A stretch of 64,000 nt of DNA from a plasmid, in the sequence record NZ_CP044080.1. The stretch is one strand, 5' to 3'. Each line of letters begins with the position of its first letter. Position 1 is the first letter of the stretch. Below, one piece after another: positions 1 to 10,017 of the stretch. The position numbers and the translations under genes are program-made. Below the pieces are notes generated by a model. It saw nothing but the letters and a program-made list of their open reading frames with translations, was not told the origin of the DNA and searched no databases.

Positions 1-204
1 GACCTGGGGGGCGCCTCGGCCGAGGCGTCCGACCTGATCCGCGAACAGTTGGGGGCCGATGCGTCGCGTGCCTTCGACGATGTGCTGGCGGCCTGCTACC
101 AGATCGTCGAGGCCGCAGCGGAATCGCGCACACTTGCAGACCCTGGCCTGGTGCCGCCCCGGCAACTCAACGGCCAGGCCATGCGGATCGCGGCGGCGGC
201 CTAG
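1..204 (+). CDS. 3-prime fragment of an unidentified CDS. Frame +1 is open from base 1 and ends at TAG 202-204, reading ...ACYQIVEAAAESRTLADPGLVPPRQLNGQAMRIAAAA*
   Basis: Frame +1 is open from the window edge and its 3-prime end overlaps the convergent LuxR gene by 4 nt. The composition is protein-like. I could not assign a family. Confidence 0.3.
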   Translation, partial: DLGGASAEASDLIREQLGADASRAFDDVLAACYQIVEAAAESRTLADPGLVPPRQLNGQAMRIAAAA

Positions 205-1367
205 TCCAGCGGGTCCATCACAAAGCTGGCGCCGATGCTGGACGCCAGCCGGATCAGCTGCGTCCGGTTCGCGCAATCGGCCTTGGCCAGCAGCGACTTG
301 ACCTGCGAATTGATAGTCTCGACCGAGCGGTTGCGCCGGTCCGAGATCTGGCGGTTGGTCAGCCCCTCGGCCAGCAGCCCGACCAGCCGGGTTTCCGATT
401 GCGTCAGCGTCAGCACCTTGGCCAGCAGGTCCAGGTCCAGCGGCAGCTCCCGCCCGGTATCCAGGCTGTAGATCGCATAGCCGTCCAGCCGCCGCTCGCC
501 AAAGGCATCGGCGGACGTCAGCGGAGAGATTTCCACCGCAAGCCGCCCGCAACTGGCCTGACGCCCGCCAAGCGCCTCTTTCCGGGGCCGGGCGCCGCAG
601 CGGCCGTGGTCGCGCGCATCCGCCGTCATCGCGTGCAGCCATTGCCGGTCGGGCGCGGCCCGCATCTCCAGCCGCCCCGCCCCATCGCGAAAGAACACCC
701 CCGCCGCTTCGCGCTGGCGGGCGAATTCGACGTTCTCGCAGATGATCTGGCGATCGCCCCGGATCAGGCAGACGCCGATGCGCAGCCGGTCCATGGCCTC
801 GGCCAGGCCCGCATAGGCGGTGCTCAACTGACGCAGCGGACGGCCCAGGTGCAGGGCCTTGGCGACATGGGGCAGGATCGTGGCCAGGGCCGCGCGCTCG
901 GCCCCGCTCATCGGCCCGTGCCGGCGCGAGAACTGGACCGAGAAGCGGTCGCGCGACAGGTCGTCCTTGTTCAGGACGGCGCCGGCCCGGTAATGGACGC
1001 CGTGCCGGGCCATCTCTTGCGCATTGGGTCGCAGGGCCAGGGCGCTGTGCTCGGGCGCCAGGACATCGTCGCCCACGATCTCGATCCGGTCGCCGCGCGC
1101 GGAATGGCGGGCGATGATCTCCTGGTCGGCGAACTCCTCCTCGGCAAAGCGATGGATGTAGCCGTCGACCAGAACCGGGTCGTAGGCGGCCGAGAAATGG
1201 GGCGCCCGCAGCTGACGCGCGCGCGGATCGGCCTCGTCCAGTTCAAAGATGATGCAGCCCCGCGCACCCACGGCCCGCGCGATCCGGTCAAGCACCCCAG
1301 GCCACCGACCGGCGTCCAGCACGGTGTCGTAGATGTCCAGGATGACCTGTTCGTCGGGCTCTTGCAT
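201..1367 (-). CDS. LuxR-family transcriptional regulator (C-terminal HTH, 388 aa)
   Basis: ATG at 1367. The C-terminus reads LTQSETRLVGLLAEGLTNRQISDRRNRSVETINSQVKSLLAKADCANRTQLIRLA, a typical LuxR/FixJ-type HTH. The gene is divergent from the hemoprotein operon across a 273-bp intergenic gap. Confidence 0.75.
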   Translation of the reverse strand: MQEPDEQVILDIYDTVLDAGRWPGVLDRIARAVGARGCIIFELDEADPRARQLRAPHFSAAYDPVLVDGYIHRFAEEEFADQEIIARHSARGDRIEIVGDDVLAPEHSALALRPNAQEMARHGVHYRAGAVLNKDDLSRDRFSVQFSRRHGPMSGAERAALATILPHVAKALHLGRPLRQLSTAYAGLAEAMDRLRIGVCLIRGDRQIICENVEFARQREAAGVFFRDGAGRLEMRAAPDRQWLHAMTADARDHGRCGARPRKEALGGRQASCGRLAVEISPLTSADAFGERRLDGYAIYSLDTGRELPLDLDLLAKVLTLTQSETRLVGLLAEGLTNRQISDRRNRSVETINSQVKSLLAKADCANRTQLIRLASSIGASFVMDPLD

Positions 1368-1640
1368 CGCCGATCCCTATCCGCCCGGCCCCCTATGGTA
1401 GTCCAGTTCGCGGTCCTTGCAAAAGAAAAGCGTCGACGCCCGTTGCAGAGCAAAAATCCCCCGAACTGGTGATGCGGGACAGGGGACGGCCGCGCTAGGG
1501 TATGGTCACGGCCCGATTTCATTCAGCAAGTGCTTTGCCGATCCTTCTTCAACGGTTACGCTTCTTCCCAGCCTTACTCAGTATCCGTCGGCCGGCCGGG
1601 CAGGCTGGCCGACAATTTGACCCTTGTTCGGAACGGTTCC

Positions 1641-3503
1641 ATGCGCACGGGGAAAGCATCTTGCCTTGCGGCCGGCCTGGCCATCGCGGTTCTGCTGGCT
1701 GGCCCGGTGGCGGCCCAGCCCGAAAACGACACCCCCCCTTGCGAGGCGCGCGAGGCACTGGCCCATGCGCTGGCCCGCAACCCCGACCTGCGCTGGCCCC
1801 AGATCCGCGCCGCCTGCGACCAGCGGATCGCCGAGGCGCGGGCCGCCGACCCCGTGGGACGCGCCTGGTTTGCCAATGCGGCGAACGGGTTCGAAGGCGT
1901 TCCCCTGGTCCTGCTGAAGGTGCTGCCCGACCTCGCCCCGGAAATCTGGGGCCGGCCCGAGGACTTCTTTTCCGGTTTCGGCCTGTTTCCCGACCCGGAC
2001 ATTCCCGACCGCATCCTGCCGCGCGGCCTGGGGGTCGCGGGGGACGGTCGCCCCCTGGACGACCAGGGGCGGCCCCTGGGCGAAATCGACTATGGCGCAA
2101 AGGGAAAGCCGCTGTTCGTCACGCTGGCCTGCGGCGCCTGCCACAGCGGAGAGGCCGAGATCGACGGCCGCCGCATCGTCTATGACGGCGCGCCGAACAC
2201 CCGGTTCGACGTGCGCAAGTGGCGGGCCGCCTTCAGCGCGCTGCGCCAGGACTATCTGTCCGACGAACAGATCGGCACCCCGGACAAGCCGGGCGAGACC
2301 ACCCGCCGGCTTCTGGCGCTGGTCGCCGCCAAGCCCGCCGGTTTCTTTGCCCGGGGACTGCCCGGCATCCCCGAGGACCGCGTGGCCCCCGTGGACGCGG
2401 GGCAGCGCGCCATCTTTGCCGCCGCGGCCCCGCAGATCCTGTCCGCCCTGGCCAGGGGCAGCGAGGTTCGCGCGGCGGCCGTCGCGCTGCAACAACGCGC
2501 GGGGTCAAGCTATGGCCACCCGGATTCGCCCGGCCTTGCCGGCGAAAGCGCCGGCCAGTCGGACGGCAGCGGCGATCTTCTGGCAGACCTGCTGGCCGCG
2601 CAGGCGGCCGACCGGCTTGACGCCCTGCAGGCCGACCCCCTGCCCGAGGCGCTGCCGCGCTTTGCCACGGTGACGGACATGCCGGCGGTCTGGAACCAGG
2701 CGGACCGCGCGACCGGGCAATGGGACGGCAGCGTGCTGGACCGATTCTGGCGCAACATCGCGGCCCAGTTGCCCATCGTCGGCAAGCCCGGCAGGCTGGA
2801 CCTGTGGAACGCCGCGCTGGCCGGGGAATACCTGACCACCCTGCCCTCGCCGCCCTGGCCTTTTGACGTGGACCTGCCCAAGGCCGCACGGGGCGAGGCG
2901 ATCTTTGCCCGGAACTGCGGCACCTGCCACCGGCCGCGCAACGACAGCCGCTATCCCCAGATCGGCACCGATGCGAACCGCGCCCGCGTGCTGAACGCCG
3001 CCGCCAGCCAGGTGCTGTTGCAGGGGTTCCGCGCCGCCTGCCACGACCCGGATTTCCACTATCAGGACCGGCTGGGCCGCCGCGTGGCGCCCTGCGCCAT
3101 GCCCGATTACCGCATTCTGCGCGACACGGTCCGGCCGGCGAACCAGGGCTACCTGGCCCCGCCGTTGGACGGGATCTGGCTGCGCGCGCCCTATCTGCAC
3201 AACGGATCGGTCCCGACGCTGGCGCAGCTTTTGCAGCCCGCGACAAGGCCCGCGCGCTTCCTGCGCGGCGCCATCGCCTATGATGGCGCGGGCATGGGCT
3301 GGGTCTGGCAGCCTGACCAGCGCGAGCGGCTGGCGCCGCGTCATCCGACGCTGTGGGTCCACGACACGGGGCGGGACGGGCTGGGCAACGGCGGCCATGA
3401 CACCGACCTGATGATCGACGGCCGCCTGCACCGGCTGGACTGGTCCGACCCCGCCCATGCGGCCGAGTTCGAGATGCTGATGGAATACCTCAAGACCCTT
3501 TGA
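1641..3503 (+). CDS. Secreted di-heme c-type cytochrome, possibly a DUF1111 / di-haem oxidoreductase-peroxidase-like protein (620 aa)
   Basis: ATG at 1641 is followed by a Sec signal-like N-terminus, MRTGKASCLAAGLAIAVLLAGPVAAQ. There are two CXXCH heme-binding motifs, CGACHSGE and CGTCHRP. The ORF continues upstream to a GTG at 1530, so the exact start is uncertain. Confidence 0.7.
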   Translation: MRTGKASCLAAGLAIAVLLAGPVAAQPENDTPPCEAREALAHALARNPDLRWPQIRAACDQRIAEARAADPVGRAWFANAANGFEGVPLVLLKVLPDLAPEIWGRPEDFFSGFGLFPDPDIPDRILPRGLGVAGDGRPLDDQGRPLGEIDYGAKGKPLFVTLACGACHSGEAEIDGRRIVYDGAPNTRFDVRKWRAAFSALRQDYLSDEQIGTPDKPGETTRRLLALVAAKPAGFFARGLPGIPEDRVAPVDAGQRAIFAAAAPQILSALARGSEVRAAAVALQQRAGSSYGHPDSPGLAGESAGQSDGSGDLLADLLAAQAADRLDALQADPLPEALPRFATVTDMPAVWNQADRATGQWDGSVLDRFWRNIAAQLPIVGKPGRLDLWNAALAGEYLTTLPSPPWPFDVDLPKAARGEAIFARNCGTCHRPRNDSRYPQIGTDANRARVLNAAASQVLLQGFRAACHDPDFHYQDRLGRRVAPCAMPDYRILRDTVRPANQGYLAPPLDGIWLRAPYLHNGSVPTLAQLLQPATRPARFLRGAIAYDGAGMGWVWQPDQRERLAPRHPTLWVHDTGRDGLGNGGHDTDLMIDGRLHRLDWSDPAHAAEFEMLMEYLKTL

Positions 3504-3532
3504 CCCTTCCCCCGCCAGGCACGAGGCCCGCC

Positions 3533-4474
3533 GTGATCCAGCAAGATGCCCAGACCGTCGCCGATATCCAGACCCAGATCATGCAAGCCACGGCCCCGCA
3601 TTTGCGCGGGCAGCATCCCAAGATGCACGGCTGCGTCGCCGCCCTGTTCGAGGTCCTGCCGCTGCCGCCGCCGCTGGACCAGGGCCTGTTCGCCCGGCCC
3701 GCCCGGTTCGATGCGCTGGTGCGCCTTTCCAACGGCAGGGAAAGGGACGACCGCAAGCCGGATGCGCATGGCATGGCGATCAAGCTGCTGGGTGTTGCGG
3801 GCGAAAAGGCCATGCCCGAGGCGCCCGAGGGCGAACAGGATTTCATCCTGGTGGACAACCCGGTGTTCTTCATTCGCAACGCGGCGGATTATGCCCGCTT
3901 CATGGCTCTGGTCGCTGCCGACAGGAAGGCGGAGTTCCTGGCCTATCTTCACCAGACCCACCCCGAGGATGTTGCCGTGCTGACGTCATTCGCGCAGCAC
4001 ATCCAGGCCGACCCGCTGTCGGCGACCTACTGGGGACAGGTGCCCTATGCGCTGGGACCGGACCCCGCCACCGCCTGCCGCTATCGCGCGGTGCCGCGCG
4101 TGCCCGCCCCGGACGACAGCCCCGGCGCCACGCCCGATTACCTGCGCGAGCGGATGGTGGCGCGGCTGGCGCCCGAGGCGTCGCCGGTGGTCTATGACCT
4201 TCAGGTGCAACTGCGCCAGGACGCCGATGCGGCGGTGATCGAGAACCCGACCGTCGAATGGGACACCCCCTTCGTGACCGTCGGCACGCTGACCATTCCG
4301 CCCCAGGACTTCGATACGCCCGAACGCCGCGCCCGGGGCGAGGGCCTGCGCTTTTCGCCCTGGCACGCCCTGGCGGCGCATCGTCCCCTCGGAGAGATCA
4401 ACGCCGTGCGGCGCGTGGTCTATCCGGCCAGCCAGGCGCTGCGCGCCGCCAGCAGCGGGAAGGCCGCGTCATGA
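3533..4474 (+). CDS. Mini catalase-related hemoprotein (catalase core-like, ~313 aa). The family includes allene-oxide-synthase-like and fatty-acid hydroperoxide-metabolising enzymes
   Basis: Motifs align to the catalase core. HPKMHGCVAALFEV matches catalase HAKGAGAFGYFEV, the distal His region. FDALVRLSNG matches VFVRFSTV. GMAIKLL...DFILVDNPVFFIRN matches GFAVKFYT...WDLVGNNTPVFFIRD. The C-terminal RFSPWHALAAHRPLGEIN matches the proximal RLFSY..RLG.N region. The start is uncertain between TTG 3500, GTG 3533 (GAGG 7 nt upstream) and ATG 3581. The stop overlaps the next gene as ATGA. Confidence 0.75.
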   Translation: MIQQDAQTVADIQTQIMQATAPHLRGQHPKMHGCVAALFEVLPLPPPLDQGLFARPARFDALVRLSNGRERDDRKPDAHGMAIKLLGVAGEKAMPEAPEGEQDFILVDNPVFFIRNAADYARFMALVAADRKAEFLAYLHQTHPEDVAVLTSFAQHIQADPLSATYWGQVPYALGPDPATACRYRAVPRVPAPDDSPGATPDYLRERMVARLAPEASPVVYDLQVQLRQDADAAVIENPTVEWDTPFVTVGTLTIPPQDFDTPERRARGEGLRFSPWHALAAHRPLGEINAVRRVVYPASQALRAASSGKAAS

Positions 4475-6117
4475 CCGCCACCGCCCGGCCCCACCCCCCG
4501 CGCGACACCTCGGCCGACGGCTGGGGCAACCGCCTGCAAGCCTATGCGCTAAGCCATTTTCCGGCGCTGTGGCGCGGCGTCATGGCGGTGCCGCCGCTGC
4601 GGCGCCTGGCCAACGACAAGATCGTGGACATGGCCGTGCGCCGTGCGCCCGCCCGCCCCATGGCCTTCGGCGCGATGACCGCGCGCGCAGACAGCGCGGC
4701 CAGTTGCAGCGCCGAATACACCTCGTGGGAAATGCTGACCGACCTGGGCTGGTACAAGCGCCACCTGCCGCAGGTTCCCCTGCGCACGGACCCGCCGCTT
4801 GACGACGTGGTCGCGCTGTTTCGGACCGATCCGGGCGGCGGCGTCCCGTCCGAGGACAGCAGCGTCCTTTTCATGTCCTTTGCGCAATGGTTCACCGACG
4901 GCTTCCTGATGACGGACGCGGTGGACCGGCGCCGCACCCACAGCAGCCACCAGATCGACCTGAATCCGCTTTACGGCCTGACGCGGGCCGAAACCGATGC
5001 GGTGCGCCTGCGCTCCGAGGAACGGGGGCGCCGCGGCCGGCTGAAGGTCGAGCGGATCAACGGCGAGGACTTCGCGCCCCGGTATTACGACGACGCCGGC
5101 AACCCTCGCGCCGAATTCGGCGCGCTGCGCAAGCCGCTGCGTCTGGACGAATGGCGATCCAAGGCGCCACCGGACCGGGACGAGGCGGTCAAGGCAACCC
5201 TGTTCGCCTTCGCGGGCGAGCGGGCGAACAGCACGCCTTATACCGCCATGCTGAACACGTTGTTCCTGCGCGAACACAACCGCCTAGCCGGCGTGATCGA
5301 GAAAGCCCACCCCGGCTGGGACGACGAGCGCGTGTTCCAGACCGCGCGCAACGTGACCATCGTCCTGCTGATCAAGATCGTGATCGAGGAATACATCAAC
5401 CATATCTCGCCCTATCATTTCCAGCTGACCGCCGATCCGGCCGTCTGCTGGCGCAAGTACTGGAACCGGCAGAACTGGATTCCTTTGGAATTCAACATGC
5501 TTTATCGCTGGCACAGCCTGACGCCGGACCGCTTTGCCATAGCCGGTCAGGAGATCCTGGCAACTGACCTGCTGTTCAATCACCAGCCGCTGGTCCAGCA
5601 TGGGCTGAATGCAATGATGCAGGCGGCAAGCGACCAGCGCGCCCGCCAGATCGGGCTGTTCAACACGCCCGATTTCCTGATCCCCGTCGAGGCGAGCACC
5701 CTGCAGCAATCCCGAGACCAGCGGCTGGCCTCGTACAACGACTACCGGCAGGCCTTCGGCTATGGCCGGGTCAGGCGGTTCGACCAGATCACCGGGGATC
5801 CGCGCCGGATCGAGGCACTTCAGGCGCTTTACGGCGACGTGGATCAGGTCGAGTTCATGGTGGGACTGTTCGCCGAGGACATCTCGCCCCGCTCGGCGGT
5901 GCCGCCGCTGATCGGGCGGATGGTGGCTCTGGACGCCTTTTCGCAGGCGCTGACCAATCCCCTGATGGCGGAATGCGTGTTCACGCCGGCCACCTTTTCG
6001 GAACCCGGATGGCAGGCGATCCAGGAAACCCACCGCTTGCAGGACATTCTGGACCGCAACACGCCACCCGGGACGGCCCCGCCCCGGGTTACGATGACGC
6101 TGCCGCCCGCGACCTGA
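4471..6117 (+). CDS. Cyclooxygenase-like heme dioxygenase/peroxidase of the animal heme peroxidase - PGHS superfamily (548 aa)
   Basis: There are strong PGHS-like blocks. FAQWFTDGF aligns with [19 protein letters not shown] with [19 protein letters not shown] with [41 protein letters not shown] with [31 protein letters not shown], and [11 protein letters not shown] with EFNTLYHWHPL, which carries the catalytic Tyr and proximal His. [10 protein letters not shown] aligns with APFSLKG..TFG. ATG at 4471 overlaps the stop of the upstream gene as ATGA. Confidence 0.85.
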   Translation: [548 protein letters not shown]

Positions 6118-6121
6118 GCGC

Positions 6122-6306
6122 TCAGTCGCCCTTGTGCTCGGGCTTGCCCTTGCGCTTGGTATGGGCCATGTCCTTCAGCTCCTTCTCGGTCATGGACTTC
6201 TCCATTTCCCTGGACGCGCCGCGCAGTTCGCTTTTGGGCGTGTCCCCGCGCTTGGCCGACAGGGCGGCCCCTGCGGCCTTTTGCTGGGCCTTGGATTTGG
6301 CGGGCA
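6122..6306 (-). CDS. Small conserved basic protein (61 aa), DUF3008-like
   Basis: ATG at 6306, with an in-frame extension upstream that is R/G-rich and junk-like. The product is MPAKSKAQQKAAGAALSAKRGDTPKSELRGASREMEKSMTEKELKDMAHTKRKGKPEHKGD, lysine-rich and resembling small alphaproteobacterial DUF proteins. Confidence 0.5.
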
Positions 6307-6327
6307 TGGCTTTGCTCCTGTTCCGAC

Positions 6328-6639
6328 TCAGCCGCGCTTGGCGCGAGCCGTTTCGGCGTTCAGATAGGGGGTCGGGCCGTCGTCGCCCTTGAGCATCGAC
6401 TGCTCGACCTCGTCGGTCGAGGGTTCGGAGTTGCTGGCAAGGTCGATGCCGCTGACGGCGGCGGCCGATGCGGCTGCGGCCGGATCCTCGGCGGTGCTGT
6501 CGGATTGCGCCGGGTCCGATCCGTCCTGCAACTCCTGTCGGGCGCGGCTCCAATGGTCCTCGGCGCGGCCCTCGGGGCGCCCCTCCTCTTCCCAAAGCTG
6601 ATGGGCGCGCTGGCGGATCCTGTCTTCTTCCTGGTCCAT
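6328..6639 (-). CDS. DUF2934 family small acidic protein (103 aa)
   Basis: The motif EDRIRQRAHQLWEEEGRPEGRAEDHWSRARQEL is the hallmark of DUF2934 (R.RAY.LWE..GRP.G...DW..A..EL). Confidence 0.55.
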   Translation of the reverse strand: MDQEEDRIRQRAHQLWEEEGRPEGRAEDHWSRARQELQDGSDPAQSDSTAEDPAAAASAAAVSGIDLASNSEPSTDEVEQSMLKGDDGPTPYLNAETARAKRG

Positions 6640-6657
6640 GGTCTCTCCTCCTCGGGG

Positions 6658-8715
<2,058 letters not shown>

Positions 8716-8729
8716 TCCTGTCACTCCGT

Positions 8730-9857
8730 TCAAGCCACGATGCGGCGGGTCGGGACGGCGACCGGCGCCATCAGCCGTCGCGTCGCCTCGCGCCGGTCCA
8801 GCATGGCCTGGGTGACAAGGGTGGTGCCCTGCGCATCGCGGCGGAACCAGGGCAGGTCGTCGTCCGGGTCCTCGCCCGCCACCAGCCCCGGCGGGATGCG
8901 CGTTCCGGGCGCGACGATGCAGTTGACCAGCCGGGCCGAGGCGGGGACCCACGCCCCCGGCATCATGATGCTGCCCCGTCCCAGGGACCATTCCGCCTGA
9001 GGCGCATCCTGCGGCAGCCGGGCGGGTGCCCGGTCAAGAAAATCCAGATGCGCGCGGCGCAGCGCCGTCAGCGTGCCCACGTCGCGCCAATAGCTTTCGC
9101 CCGACGGGCCGGGGGGCAGGCGAAAGGCCGCGGCCTCGCCCCGGGCCACGGCCTCGGGGATCAGATCGTGGCCGAAATCCAGCGCCTCCGGCTGGCCGCT
9201 CAGGCGGTCGCGCAACCAGGCCGCGTCGAACAGATAGATCCCCATCGACACCAGGGCGCTGTCGGACTGACCCGGCATGGCCGGCGGATCGGCAGGCTTT
9301 TCCAGGAAGGCGGTGACGCGCCCGCCGTCATCGACCTGCATCACGCCAAAGCCCTGCGCGTCGAGCCGGGGAACGACGTCGACGGCGATGGTGACGGCGG
9401 CGCCCGAGCGTTCGTGGGCCTGCACGAGCGCGCCATAGTCCATGTCATAGATATGATCGGCGGCCAGCACCAGGACGTGGTCCGGCCCGCATGACTCAAT
9501 CCGGGACCAGTTGCAGCGCACGGCATCGGCCGTGCCGCGATAAAGCCCGCGCCCGTCGCTCAGTTCGATCCCTCCGGCCGGGAAATGGCGGCCCCAGCGC
9601 TCCGGCAGGTGACGATGCAGCGTCGCGGGGGCGAATTGCGTGGCGACCACCAGGCGTTCCAGCCCCGAGCGCACCACGTTGGCCATGACAAAATCGACGA
9701 TCCGGTTGCGGCCCGCAAAGGGCACGGCGGGCTTGCTTTCGTTCGTCGTCAGCTCATGCAGCCGGGACCCCTGCCCCCCGGCCAGCAGGAGGGTCGCCGT
9801 AGAGTTCTGGGAAAGACGGGAACGGGTGGCAGGCAGACAGGCAAATGAATCGGTCAC
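8730..9857 (-). CDS. glgC: Glucose-1-phosphate adenylyltransferase GlgC (ADP-glucose pyrophosphorylase)
   Basis: GTG start at 9857. It has the nucleotidyltransferase motif LLLAGGQGSRLHELT and GlgC-like blocks further downstream. It lies 14 nt upstream of glgX. Confidence 0.85.
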   Translation of the reverse strand: MTDSFACLPATRSRLSQNSTATLLLAGGQGSRLHELTTNESKPAVPFAGRNRIVDFVMANVVRSGLERLVVATQFAPATLHRHLPERWGRHFPAGGIELSDGRGLYRGTADAVRCNWSRIESCGPDHVLVLAADHIYDMDYGALVQAHERSGAAVTIAVDVVPRLDAQGFGVMQVDDGGRVTAFLEKPADPPAMPGQSDSALVSMGIYLFDAAWLRDRLSGQPEALDFGHDLIPEAVARGEAAAFRLPPGPSGESYWRDVGTLTALRRAHLDFLDRAPARLPQDAPQAEWSLGRGSIMMPGAWVPASARLVNCIVAPGTRIPPGLVAGEDPDDDLPWFRRDAQGTTLVTQAMLDRREATRRLMAPVAVPTRRIVA

Positions 9858-10017
9858 CGGCGAATTCCTTTGGCTTGGGGCTGAACCGCCGGCGAACCGA
9901 CGGACAACCGCGCAACCCCTGTGTGAACCGCCTGTTCCCTGAAGCTATCAAATGTTTATCAGGTTTGCGTGACCCCCGGGATAGTCCCGAGGGTCGAGGG
10001 CAAGACTGTCCCGGACG

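Noticed and set aside
399-1472. 357-aa plus-strand ORF
   Set aside because: It is fully antisense to the LuxR gene, and its R/G/P/A-rich low-complexity translation is typical of shadow ORFs in high-GC DNA.
1578-2495. 305-aa minus-strand ORF, together with several 100-230-aa ORFs at 1502-3246
   Set aside because: They are antisense to the di-heme cytochrome gene and the composition is Arg/Gly/Pro-rich junk.
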